Source: Octopus sinensis
Taxonomy: Eukaryota
DNA: 64,000 bases
Reading direction: 5' to 3'
Assembly: GCF_006345805.1 (NCBI RefSeq)
Contig: NC_043004.1
Location: 34,782,001 to 34,846,000 of the forward strand
The translations under genes and the position numbers were made by a program. Numbering within the stretch: position 1 is the stretch's first letter; each line of letters begins with the position of its first letter. Shown piece after piece: positions 24,641-38,084 of this stretch. The notes under the pieces are model-generated. The model had not been told where the DNA came from. It saw only the letters and a list, made by a program, of their open reading frames with translations, and made no database searches.

Positions 24641-25681
24641 CTTCTGCGGGTCTTACAAATAGCAAAGGACCACGACTCAGACTTCTCTCACTACAGACAA
24701 TCCTGAGCACTACAGACAATCTTGCGAGCTCTGGGACGAAGACCACTTTGCTCCACAAACAAACAAACAAGCAGCAACGACAACAAGAACAACAGACAAC
24801 TGGGTGGATATATAATTTTAGATTTCCAGCTAAATTATGTCCATTGCTGAGTCTATTAGCAAAGATACAAGTGGACGGCAAAAACAGATACACAGCTGTA
24901 AACAGTTTAACACTGCAAACAGCCATGACAATCTTGGAAATTTAATAAATACTTTATGTGTATAGTAGACTAGCATCTTATCCATGCGATTTATATCACT
25001 ACTGCCTAATTCAGTTAATGCTATAATTGCATACTGTTGTAATAGAAACTTTAGGTGAATGAATGAGATAACTGTCAAAATGAATAATGAATAATGAGTG
25101 TCCTTGTGAGAACCTCACATTCCATCATAAAAATGAAGGTCAACATTAGATAATATCAATGTAGATCGCTGCAAAAGAAGGGATGAGCTGCTTTTGTGTT
25201 GTGTGGACGCCCCCAGACGATGAAGTAGACTAGCCCAATACGTAGATATAGAGGGAGAAGTCTAGACGTCATGGCAGACTAGAACAGACTAGAGTAGAGC
25301 AGAGTTGAGAAGTAGAGGTATCCAAACATGCGACATAACATTTTGACAAGAGAGTAGTCGTCATGCCCAGTCAATATAGGAGGGAACAGAATGAGAGTAA
25401 GATCAAGCTCTCCTGTGTAGAAAAATAATTGGATTAAAATGTAAATCTGACATTATATGACATTCAGATGGGGAAGAAAGTATGAGGATGATGATTTGCA
25501 ATTAAAACTGTTTTTAATGAACATTTGTTTATAAGACACATAATTTAAAAATTGTATGTATAACTACATTAAATTTTAGATAAGCCAATATACAGAGTAT
25601 TGCAAAGAATAATTGACTACATTACTTGTGTCGTTGTGCATTTCATGTGAGTAACAGTTTGTGCTTCATGTAAATAGCCAA

Positions 25682-25912
25682 GGGTGGTGAGCTGGCGAAA
25701 ACGTTAGCACACTGGGCAAAATGCTTAGCAGTATTTCGTCTATTGTTATGTTCTGAGTTCAAATTCTGCCAAGATTGACTTTGCCTTTCATCCTTTTGGG
25801 GTTGATTAAATAAATACCAGTTATGCAGTGGGGTCGATGTAATCAACTTAATCCCTTTCTCTGTCCATGCTTGTCCCCTCTATGTTTAGCCCCCTGTGGG
25901 CAATAAAGAAAT
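25682..25912 (+). mobile_element. tRNA-derived SINE family C, full length
   Basis: ggtggtgagctggcgaaaacgttagc..gagttcaaattctgcc..gggcaataaagaaata. Confidence 0.8.
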
Positions 25913-26949
25913 AAATATAAATAGCCATGGAATATCACTCTCTCTGGGTAGAAAATTAAGGTACTGAGAGAGATTTAGTCACCATGTCTAACAGAGTCAA
26001 ATGACCACATAAAGGCACCACCATTTCCTTATTTTCCAAGCACTAACTGGGTACCTTAAATGGTACAATTCCACAATATGGTCAGTCACAGATTTGTTGA
26101 CAATTTGCTTATAATGCTTAGTTAATATCTTCCTGTACAAAATGTTACCTGCAATAAGGCAGACCTGGCTATAAGCAAAGATTTACCTCCTCCCATCTTC
26201 TTAAAATACCACAGAAACCATATTGAATCTGCTGGTTCCTGTGATTTAGAATGATTAACAAGTTTGAAGTTGATATAAAATTGATTATTTGTGATTATGC
26301 ATGTGAAGCAAGGAAACAGTGTTAGAAAACAGAAATCAAAGAATATTTATTAATTTGTAAATTTCCAATGAATTACTAAACTTAAGCTATCTTTTAAACA
26401 GATTGGAGGTTCACAGATTAACTGCCTTTCTTCTGCTTTCCTTGTGATCTATCAGAAACCTGATGGGGAATTAAACTACACTCAAAGGCAGGAACATCCC
26501 CTACACAACCCAAAGTCAAAACCTGAAATTTCCCAAGAGGTTCTCTCATAGTAACAATGCAATAAGTTCAGGCAAAGAATATGAATCATGACACTCGCAG
26601 AAGATCACCCAGCACAGCAAACTGGGTAGATTTTACCCTGTATAACAACTCATGGAAGTCCATTTTCTGAACTATGAAGAACTCCTCCATGCATTCCACT
26701 CCCAGAAAACTCTTCTAGTTCTGAAATTGTAATCAGATTTTTCAAAAATTTGTGAAAAGGATCCATAGCAACTCTACAGAACACACACTTCCTACACTTT
26801 CCAGTCGGGATGATTATGTAAGCAGTTCTTCCACGAAGAAAGCCTCCCCTTTTGTTACCTGTTTTGCAGCCAAATTCAGACCACACCCTCAAAGTAAATT
26901 TCTTTCAAAGGGTCACCACCATGCACACACACGCAACCCAAATCACATC

Positions 26950-27480
26950 ATACAAACAAGGCCACTAGTGAAGAAAATGTTAATTGCCCTCAATCAATGG
27001 ACCACAAAGTTGGCCTCTGTCCTTAATCTTGTCAGTCTTTAGAAGCTTATATCCCCACGGTTGGAAACATTCTACAGTGTATTCCATACCCAAGAAGTGT
27101 AATCATCTGAGCTTGCCAAACTTTGTATTGTTGTATTTATTTTTGGTATTTGAAAGGTAATGGAAACAGCCATTAACAACCAGCTTCCCCTTCACATGAT
27201 CCCTTTCTCACTTTACTGACCATAAGTGTAGTTTTCATAATAAAGCCAGATTTACTAGAAAAACCTCTTCTCTCTATATCATTCACCAGTGGGCTTCTGC
27301 CTCTCTCAACTAATTTAGAGAAAACTGCAATGTTGCACTTGACATTAGCAAAGCTTTAGACAATATCTGACATGCAAATCTCTTGGCAAAACTTCCAATG
27401 CAGTAAAAGTGCATCATGCTGCATCATTCACATGAATCATTGGCCTTTTATCAAACTGCACGATTGCAGCATGAAATGGT
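26950..27480 (+). mobile_element. CR1/Jockey-group LINE RT relic
   Basis: YPHGWKHSTVYSIPKKCNHLSLPNF and HQWASASLN*FRENCNVALDISKALDNI*HANLLAKLP match WK...V.PIPKKG....P.NYR and VALDISKAFD.VWH..LL.KL. Confidence 0.8.
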
Positions 27481-28091
27481 GCAGCACTCAAAGAGACAAT
27501 ATGAAGCTACTTTGGGAGAAAACGTTTATAGGAAGAGAATGAGAAAGTCTTTCTCACAATATTAATTACTGGTTGAACTAATTAAAAATGCTTCATATTT
27601 TTGTATATACATAATTAGTCGTCATAACCCTCTCTGCACATGTTGAGTTAAACTCTGTGTTTGTGTGAGTGTGTGTGTGCGCACGCAAGCATGTGTGTAT
27701 GTGCATGCTAAGGGTTAGTGTCCTTTCAGATAAAGAAAACATAGAAATTTTCCCCCTGCTTTTGCCGTTTGACCAGTTTGCTGTTCTAGAAATGCTAAAT
27801 CTCCAAAGTAAAAACTTCAAAATTATCGGTCAGTTGTTCTTCTCAATATTCCAAATTAAACAGTAACTGGGAAGTGTTCCAAACTCATAACCAATTCTAG
27901 TATGTTCTATGTGATTCAAAATTTCCACTAACCACTCTCAGTGCTCTGACTCTCTTGAGAATTCTTCCTCACTATCGTTTCGAAGATCACTTTTTATTGC
28001 TAAACTTGCTGATATTGTTATCATTATCGATTCTTCTGTTGATGATGTTTTGATTATTAGGTTTTGTTATTGATTCTGCTGTTCACCTCGT

Positions 28092-28157
<66 letters not shown>

Positions 28158-28358
28158 TCCTTTATTTTTCTTCTTTCTGTTTCACAAGCTAACACCAGCA
28201 TTATCACCCCCATCATCATTATCTTCCTCCTAATTATTATTATTAGCTTCAAGACTGTTGCTTTCTTGATGGAATATTATCATCACACAAATCTTTGTTC
28301 TTTGAATCACAAAAAGTTCTCTATTTTTATCCTTCTACAAGTCTTTTTATTCTTTTAC

Positions 28359-28445
28359 CAAGAAGTGAACTGCTCTGCTTCTACATGTTCTGCTGATATA
28401 ATGGCCAGTTTTACTTCATTGGAACGCAACAATTCGTCCAACATC
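28359..28445 (-). CDS. Candidate internal exon (87 nt, phase 2-2) of an unidentified gene
   Basis: Acceptor tttgtttttttttataag, donor gtaaaa; only one open frame: MLDELLRSNEVKLAIISAEHVEAEQFTS(W). Confidence 0.35.
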
Positions 28446-29337
28446 CTTATAAAAAAAAACAAATGGAACATATTTGTTATCTGCACAACATGTATCAAAA
28501 TACGCCTGTGTCCAGTGATCAGTGCATTGTTGTGTTACTTTAGTTAATTACAGTAGATAATTCCGTCCAACCCATGCTAGCATGGAAAACGGACGTTAAA
28601 CGATGATGATGATGATGATGATGATGAATACCCTCTGATGTTTTCACACTGAGAGCTGCAGCTGACCAAGAATTTGTTTGCTTATATCCAAACTGTGTGT
28701 CTGAGGCACTTAACTGTCAACAGTCATTCTGCCTAGTTGCACTTTTTATGCATTGTCACATATGTATAAATGGCTGCAAGTATCTCTCTCACTCCGCCTC
28801 CTCCTTGACTCTCTCGTCACTGACACGTGACGATAGGGAATCTATCTTTCTTACTGCTACCATCGCAAAGACTAAACGGGCTTATACTATCTCTTCATAA
28901 GCTCGTCTCAGAATAATTTTTCCATCATCTAGTCTTAAGAGCCCTCATCGTTTGTTTTTACTGTCTTTTCGTTCTCACTGTCCTGTTCTTGTTACCACTT
29001 TCACTCTCTGCAAAAAATCCCAAATTTTATTTAATTTGCTTTGCGGGAAGGACTGTTTCAACGAAGTCACGTCTTGTCCTTGCCTTTGAAACATGGAGTA
29101 GTTGAAACAGGGACAACTGAAGAAGGGATATATTCTTTATGCTTTATGTCTCGCTTCTCTGTTTGCTTTTTTTGTTATCCAGAAAAAAAGTTCGTTTCTA
29201 TGTTTTTGTTTTTGTTTTCGTTTCTCATTGTGTTCAACGTTTTTTTATGTTCTGTACCCATATATGCATGTACATATACATATATATGTATATATGTACA
29301 AATATGTACGTATATACGCATATATTTATATATTATT

Positions 29338-29379
<42 letters not shown>

Positions 29380-29405
29380 TATATATATATGTATGTATAT
29401 ATATA

Positions 29406-30672
29406 TCAGTTCATTAAGAATGAAATGTCCGATTTTGAAATGAAAGTTTATTTTACTTTATCTCAACAAAAATCAATGCTGTTAATCAAAGTATGTGCCT
29501 AAACTATCAACAAAATTTTGCCATTTTATCGGAAGCTTATTTATTCCAGCAGCAAAGAATTCTGGAGAGCAAGAGGTGATGCAATCATGAAAGGCTGTTT
29601 TAGCATCTTCTTCAGATTCGAAGTTTTTCCCTTACAAAAAGTTGTCTAATGCCTGGAAAACATGATAGTCAGTTGGTGCAAGGTCTGGTGAATATGGTGG
29701 CTGACAGAGTACTTCTAAGTTCAATTCCTGTAATTTGAGTTGCGTTCTTTGTGCAACATGTGGTTGAGCATTGTCTTGTAAGAGAATTGGCCTGTCTCCA
29801 TTGACTAATCTCAGTTGTTTAATTGCAAGTCCACTCATCATTTCATCCAATTGGTCGCAGTATTAATTCTCTATAATTGACTTACCAGGTCTCCTGAAGC
29901 TGTAGTGTATGGCACCAGCACTGGACCACCAAACAGACACCATTAGCTTTTCTTGGTGAATATTCTTTTTGGGATTGTGCTTTGGCACTTTTGTCTCCAT
30001 CCAACCACTGCGCAGAATGTTTGCTATTGTTGAAAACAATCCATTTTTCATCACACGTAACAATACAATGCAAAAATGGTTTGCTTTTATGCTATGACAA
30101 CAAAGAACAGCAAGTTTCAAGACAACGTGTCATTTGATGCTCATTCAGTTCGTGTGGTATCCACTTGTCCAGCTTCTTTACCTTGCCGATTTGTTTTGGA
30201 TGGTCCAATACAGTTGGAATCGAAACATTAAACCGTGCTAATACACACGTAGTTTGAGATGTATCCGCTTCCACTACAGTTTCCAGCTCATCATTATCCA
30301 TCTTGGTCTCTGGTCTACCACGGGACTGATTTTCAGGAGTAAAGTCATCAGACCGGAACTTCTCAACTATCGTCGTACAGGGCACTCATTCGCCATATCT
30401 TCACCAAACACCTCATTCATGTTTCAAGCTGTTTGGGATGCATTGGTTCCACGACGGAACTCATATTCATAAACAGGGATTTTTGGCCTATTCATGAGTT
30501 CAAAAATATTGAAGAGAAAAGTCACACTATAATCAGGCACCATGAAATGCATTTCAAAAACTGATGATGTAAGTCTTCAATGTTGTAAAACAAACGAATT
30601 GCCAGGATAAAACATTGGAGTTAATGACTCTCAAACTTGGCGTGTAACAAAATCGGATATTTCATTCTTAAT
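29406..30672 (-). mobile_element. Near-full-length mariner transposon (Hsmar1/cecropia-like) between TA-rich tracts
   Basis: TIRs attaagaatgaaatgtccgattttg (29413-29437) and caaaatcggatatttcattcttaat (30648-30672), 24/25 match; ~1.27 kb. Confidence 0.92.
29482..30495 (-). pseudogene. Frameshifted DD34D mariner transposase
   Basis: MNRPKIPVYEYEFRRGTNASQTA; HCIVTCDEKWI; KLMVSVWWSSAGAIHY; ILLQDNAQPHVA; PPYSPDLAPTDYHVFQALDNFL; ..GTYFD*; pieces lie in different frames. Confidence 0.9.
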
Positions 30673-31739
30673 ATATATATATACACATATGCATGCATAT
30701 ATGCACACAAGCATACAAACATCCTTCCATCAATGCATACATTCGTATAAACAAATGCAAGAAATATTGGTGGAATATTCCCATCAAAATTTCTACCAAT
30801 TGCAAATGTACCAGACCGGATACAGTTGTTCAGGACAGACAAGAAAAAGTATGTATCATCATAAAATCAGCTGCCCTAGTAGTGATGTGAATACCTCTTT
30901 GAAAATCCAAGAGAAAGAGGATAACTACGGACAGCTGCCTTGAAACCTCCAGCTTCTACATCCGGGTTATACATTCCCATTTGTATCAATGATAATTGGT
31001 GTACTTGTTTTTGTGAGTAAGCTTGGGTTTTTTGGGGAAAAGAAAATATCCAACTGATATGCGCATCACAAATTCAATCTGTAAGTGGAACAATAAAAAT
31101 ATGCAAGTCTTTTCTTGAGTTGAACATGCAGCATTGTTTTTGCTATCTACATTACAATAATGGAGCTTTGTATTTGAGTTAGAAACCAACTCCTTTCTTA
31201 CAGAAATAATTCCAATACACACCCACACATTATTTGCGAATAATTGTGTATTCTATAATAGACTGAAGCATGTAATACAATAGTTTTTTGAGTCAATTAC
31301 TTGAGGCGGTGACTATGTTCCTTTACAATAACATTCGTTGTAAAGAAAGAAACCAAACGAACAAAAGCTGAAGACTTATTATGCATGATTCATTAAACAT
31401 TCTGCAGTCATAATGAACTGGAACAGACTTGAAAAAAAAAAAAAAAAGAGATGTATAATTAACTTATACTTTTATTTAAAGAAGTTAGTTGCTTTTCTAG
31501 TTTGTTTTTTTTTTTTCACTTATTTCAGTTAATTTTCAGTCTAATTTATTAAGATATTCATATTGTCATTTCACTGATAGAAAATATATGGTTGGAAAAT
31601 GAAAGTAAAAACTTATCTAGGTAAACAATATCAATAAAAGAAAATATCAGTCATCATCACCATTACTATTATTATCGTAAAGCTATTACATGCTAATTTA
31701 ATTAGCACACGTGTTATCTTGAGATATGGTGACATCAAG

Positions 31740-31960
31740 TCTCCTCAAACCTTAAAAATCTTTCTTAGAATCATTGCAGAATGTAGGACAGTGCTTTTCT
31801 GGGCATTGAAAATGCAAACCCCAATTCCAGTATCGCTCATCCTCTCAAGAAGCAATGTGGATGTTGTGCTGAGTGCACCTAGTACCACAGGAACAATTAT
31901 CACCTCATTTCTATATTGGCCAGAAAGGTCGAAACGGATAAAAGCAAAATGTCTCATACA
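31740..31960 (-). mobile_element. C-terminal fragment of an R4/Dong-like non-LTR retrotransposon (restriction-like endonuclease end)
   Basis: VIIVPVVLGALSTTS..LERMSDTGIG..NAQKSTVLHSAMILRKIF resembles the VPVV.GALG....L....G......QKS.LL.TA.ILRK.L terminus. Confidence 0.6.
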
Positions 31961-32285
31961 AAAGAGTTACCAACGATAGGGATGCTCCAATTTATTTAAC
32001 ATAACTCTGGGTTAGTCAGGTGAGCTTCAGTGGTCATGAGGCCTGCATGTTTTTGTCCATGCACTGCAACACAATCATGTGGCCATGTGAATAAATCTGT
32101 CTTCGCATCTCAACTTCAGCTCTGACTTATAAGCACTTACATGCACAGGGTCTGACCCTATTCAGAAGGCATAATCCTGCTGCACATTGGCTAGGGATTT
32201 CTTTAACTCCTCATTTGAGGGTATATGGAAACCCAGCTCCCATTATTTTCTCTAATATAGATGTATGTTGCATTCCTCTCAGCTG

Positions 32286-32925
32286 TCATTATCATCATCA
32301 TCATCATTTAATGTCCATTGTCCATACTGGCATGGGTCGGATGGTTTGACCAGGGCTGGCAAGCTGCACCAGATTCCTGTCTGATTTGGCATGGTTTCTA
32401 CAGTTGGATGTCCTTCCTAACATCAATCACTCCAAGAGTGTAATGGGTACTTTTATGTGCCACTGGCATGGGTGCCATTTCTGTGACACCAGTATCTGCC
32501 ATGACTGCAATTTTGCTCCGCTTGATGGGTCTTCTTCTCAAGCATGACATAATGCCAAAGATCTCAGGTATTACCTCTGTGAGGTCCAACACTCGAAAGG
32601 AACTCAGCCATTTTGCCTCCATGAGGCCTATCTCTCAAAAGGAGTTCAGTCACTTTGCCTCTGTGAGGTTCAATGCTTGAAAGGAATTCAGCTGCTTTGT
32701 CTCCATGAGGCCCAACACTTGAAAGGATTTCAGCCACTTTGCCTCTGTGAGGCCCAATGCTTGAAAGGTGTTTTTTACATTCCACTAATATGGGTGCCAG
32801 TTATGTGACACCAGCATCAGCCATGATTGCGATTTCACTTGGCTTGACATGTCTTCTCAAGCACAGCATATCGCTAAAGGTCTGTCACTAGTCATTGCCT
32901 CTTTGAAGCCCAAAGTTCAAAGATC
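32286..32925 (-). mobile_element. RTE 3' region variant containing a 42-bp minisatellite
   Basis: (CAT)n start and family B 3' UTR; about five 42-bp units at 32570-32768. Confidence 0.75.
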
Positions 32926-34655
32926 AGGCCTCATCCACTAAGCTAAGTTTGTTGATTGGAGATTGTGTGTGAAGTATGGACAGGACAGGCTATTCGACCT
33001 GAAGAATATTCTAACTGGGCACCAACTGCAAAGTCATGCACTGTTTATCTTGATATGAAGTCGCCATGTTGTGCACATAAGGCTATGATGCATGTGTCTG
33101 ATGTACCCTTTTCAGATGGATAGTCATCATGGGTATATTAAGCTTCATATATTTGCACCCCAGCATCATTTTGAAGGTGTGTGCTGCTCTCTCACTCAAT
33201 AATAATAACTATTATTATTATTATTATTTTATTATTATTATTATTATTATTATTTATAACCCAAGCATGAGGCCTGAGCTTTTGGGGGTAGGGTCTAATC
33301 AATACTGGTACTTTATTATATTAACCCCAAAAGGAAGAAAGACAAAATGGTTTGGCAGGATTGAACCAGGACATTTGCTTTTCTAGTGTTTTAATGGTTC
33401 TACTGATCCACTATCCTAACAGATCTTTTAGGAAATGTATAGTTAATTACTGGTACTAGAGTCATCAGTGAGATTGGATATCAGAATCTAAAAAATACAT
33501 TAATCCCACAAGTTATTTTGTATTCTACCATTCTCTGCCTTGGAATAATCATAATAGAATTAATTGGCAATCATAGTAGCAGTGGTGCTGATGTTGGCTG
33601 TATTTATGGTGGTGGTGTTAGGAGTGAAGAGGGAGTTGTTAGTAATGGTAGAGGTGTTAGTAGCAGTTGTTGTTGTTGGAGTAGGCAGTGATGGTGGTGT
33701 TAGTAGTTGTTCTACAAATAGTAAAGAAACCATTTCCCTTTGTATAATTAATTTAAAATTGCACTCTGTTCCATTACTGAAAGCCAGCTTTTGAAGTTCT
33801 TCAGTTCTGCTGAACCTCCAAAGAAATATATGTGATTCAGTATGTAAAAGCACTTCAGAGAGTGGCAGATAACTGTGCTACATGGTAACAATTTCTTTTA
33901 ATTGCACCCATTTATTTTTCAACTAATATTGTACTATTCAGTACATTTGGTGGCAAGAAAACTTGGTTAGAAGCTTAAAAGGTAAAAAAAAAAAAAAAGA
34001 AAGAAAGAAAATTGCATAAAAAATATAAAAAAAAAAGGAAAATAATAATTCAGATTACTACAACGTGTAGTGCTTTTATCTGCTGCAATGGGATGACAGT
34101 CTGGTTAAATTTGGAATGATAATGAATATGCATCCTTTAATAACGCACTATAGAAATGACAAGACTTACAAAACAATAGGCCATTTGTAAAAGCTCTTAA
34201 AAAAAACCCTTCAGAATCACAATTAATTTCAAACAAAATAAAACAAAATAAGAATGTTTAGAAATTTATTAACAATAAAACTAGGTCTGCCTTATGCATT
34301 GGAATCAAAACCGAATAAAGTAGTGTGAACATGTTTAATATGCTAAAGAAATCCGTGAAAGAAGGAGAAAGAGATTTTTATATCTAGTAGTGTTATTTTT
34401 GACAAATATTGCAGAGTTTGTATGTAAAATGTAGTTAAATATAATCAACGAGGAGAATAATATAATAAAGTTTGAAATGTGAGCAATATTTAAAGTGTAG
34501 AAAGATAAACATGAACCTAATTTTTATGGTGTATATAGATTTATAGCATGTCTTTAAATGGTACATGCATGAGCACACACACGCATCCTCGTTTTTTTCT
34601 TTTTTAGAGAATTTGGAATTTGTGTAAGAACATCAGTATGTATATACATGCATTT

Positions 34656-34695
<40 letters not shown>

Positions 34696-34996
34696 ATATA
34701 TATATATGTGTATGTGTGTATATGTGTGTGTGCAAGTGAATGTATGTGCATATGCATGAATATATATGTAGAATATATGTAAATATATTTATATGTATAC
34801 ATGCACGTATGTATATCTATCTTTTATCTCTCTCTCTCTCTCTTCTGTATATAAATATATATATATATACACACACATATATATATATATATACATATAT
34901 ACATATACACACACACACATATATATATATATATACATATATATATTATATATGTGCATATATGTTATATATATATATATATATTATATATGTGCA

Positions 34997-35083
<87 letters not shown>

Positions 35084-35086
<3 letters not shown>

Positions 35087-36047
35087 CACAAGCATACTTA
35101 TAATAGAATAAATATATTAACACCCATCTGTAAACATGTGAGAAAATACGTACAGCTGCAGCTCTGCATTTCTTCCTTGCCAGTGCTGCCAATTGATATA
35201 ATTTCTATCTGTTTGGATATAAGTGTGTAATAAAATGTATCTACAGCTATGCTAGTGGCTCTAGTTATATTGCCTGATACAAATAACCCAAGTTTCACTT
35301 TAAGGACCAAGTTCAGTGCCTACTAGCCTTAGTAGACCTAGGACAGAACTTGACTTCCACTAAACATCTGAATGTTATTAGTACTACAACTTCATTGGTG
35401 GCAAATTCCGCCGGGGTCGACTTTGCCTTTCATCCTTTTACGCACTGGGGTCGATGTAATCGACTTAATACACTTGTCTGTCCTTGTTTGTCCTCTCTAT
35501 GTTTAGCCACTTGTGGGCAATAAAAAATAGGATACCTCTTGTGGGAATATGTTGGGTTCATTCCTCAGGCATTCAACAGTAGAGAGAAAGCTTAACTCCC
35601 ACTCATCATGGAACCTACAGGTAGCACAACAATGTAACCATTAGTCAAACCTTTATCAAAATATTTGAGCTTTCATGCCTGTAATACTATAATTTGAACC
35701 TGTGAAAGAGCCTTCATCATCACCATCATCATTTTTGTTGGAGCCTATATTGTGTAAATGATCTTTATTATAATGATCACCAAAATAAAAAAAGGCTACA
35801 GCACTGTGTTCTATAAACCAATAAAGTTTGCAAAACCAAAGAACCACTGAAACTCACATCAGTGCTGCTATCACGACATAGGAGACAATGTTTTACAAAA
35901 GCCTGTCTAGCATTTAGGAACATTTCTCATACTTTGGCCCACATCTTGTACAAGAGGCTTTCTTTATTTTCAAATATGGAGATATTTTGTGGAGTCAGTA
36001 TCAATGCCAGTTCAGATGATAGAATACAAGCCTTCATAGATCAAATG

Positions 36048-36090
<43 letters not shown>

Positions 36091-37080
36091 GTATATATAA
36101 TATATATATATATATTCACACAAGCATACTTATAATAGAATAAATATATTAACACCCATCTGTAAACATGTGAGAAAATACGTACAGCTGCAGCTCTGCA
36201 TTTCTTCCTTGCCATGCTGCCAATTGATATAATTTCTATCTGTTTGGATATAAGTGTGTAATAAAATGTATCTACAGCTATGCTAGTGGCTCTAGTTATA
36301 TTGCCTGATACAATAACCCAAGTTTCACTTTAAGGACCAAGTTCAGTGCCTACTAGCCTTAGTAGACCTAGGACAGAACTTGACTTCCACTAAACATCTG
36401 AATGTTATTAGTACTACAACTTCATTGGTGGCAAATTCCGCCGGGGTCGACTTTGCCTTTCATCCTTTTACGCACTGGGGTCGATGTAATCGACTTAATA
36501 CACTTGTCTGTCCTTGTTTGTCCTCTCTATGTTTAGCCACTTGTGGGCAATAAAAAATAGGATACCTCTTGTGGGAATATGTTGGGTTCATTCCTCAGGC
36601 ATTCAACAGTAGAGAGAAAGCTTAACTCCCACTCATCATGGAACCTACAGGTAGCACAACAATGTAACCATTAGTCAAACCTTTATCAAAATATTTGAGC
36701 TTTCATGCCTGTAATACTATAATTTGAACCTGTGAAAGAGCCTTCATCATCACCATCATCATTTTTGTTGGAGCCTATATTGTGTAAATGATCTTTATTA
36801 ATAATGATCACCAAAATAAAAAAAGGCTACAGCACTGTGTTCTATAAACCAATAAAGTTTGCAAAACCAAAGAACCACTGAAACTCACATCAGTGCTGCT
36901 ATCACGACATAGGAGACAATGTTTTACAAAAGCCTGTCTAGCATTAGGAACATTTCTCATACTTTGGCCCACATCTTGTACAAGAGGCTTTCTTTATTTT
37001 CAAATATGGAGATATTTTGTGGAGTCAGTATCAATGCCAGTTCAGATGATAGAATACAAGCCTTCATAGATCAAATGTAT
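35084..37080. repeat. Tandem duplication of a ~966-bp unit separated by (TA)n
   Basis: 35084-36050 vs 36116-37080; I found four single-base indels and no substitutions; each unit contains a partial SINE C. Confidence 0.95.
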
Positions 37081-38027
37081 ATATATATAATATATATATA
37101 TATATATAATATTATATATATATATATGTATGTACAGTGCATATATGATACCCAGGTAACTAGAAATCTATTGTATATTCAGTAAATTACAAACTGGTCT
37201 GGTTTACTTACACTAAGGGTCATAAGCTGACAGTGAGAATGAAAAGGGCCATCAAACAATTATTAATTTCAAAGTGTTGCTGCAATACAAGGTGTGAGTT
37301 ATACCACCATGTGGTAATTAATTACATTTAAAGTAACTAGTACTACCATGTGGTAAGTGTTCACTGCTAATTTGACTGAACTGTTGATGACAGTGTTGGT
37401 CATGGACGAGGCCTGCTTTAAACAATGACAACTTCCTTATATGGTCGCTTCCTTGTACCCTATTGATACAACCACCTGATGATCTTCACTAGTCAAACAC
37501 CCTCTACACTCATTATTCACTACTCACTAATGTCACTCATTATTCACTGTTACTTTCTTTTCTCTGAAGATTAATGAATAAAAACGACATAATTAATACA
37601 CAGATTTACATGTGTGTGTTTATGTGTGTGTGTGTGTAAATATATATATATGTGTGTGTGTATGTATTTGTATACATGCACAGACACACACAAATATATA
37701 AGAGCTGCAAAAACCCTATTGAGCGAGTTACACAGATTCATATCTATTTGCACAACTACGTCCACACATATATATGCATTGATTTCAGTTTATTGCACAA
37801 ATAAATAATTTCATTATCTTTGCTCTGAGATTTTGCATGTTTTCCTTCCTATTGATTTTACTTTCAATATAAACAATGGAATGTTTTGCTAAATGTACAC
37901 AAACTTGCAAATATAAAGATGCCTTTTAAATAAATAGAAATACACACACACAAAAACATAGTCTTCACACATACACATTTATATATGTTTGTATGTGTGT
38001 ATGCATATGTGTGCACATATGTATGTA

Positions 38028-38079
<52 letters not shown>

Positions 38080-38084
<5 letters not shown>

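Noticed and set aside
28812-28832. Short hairpin tcgtcac-tgacac-gtgacga as a Helitron 3' end
   Set aside because: No CTRR terminus at the expected distance on either strand
32570-32768. Regularly spaced repeats superficially like a CRISPR array
   Set aside because: Contiguous diverged tandem units without unique spacers, eukaryotic context, no cas genes
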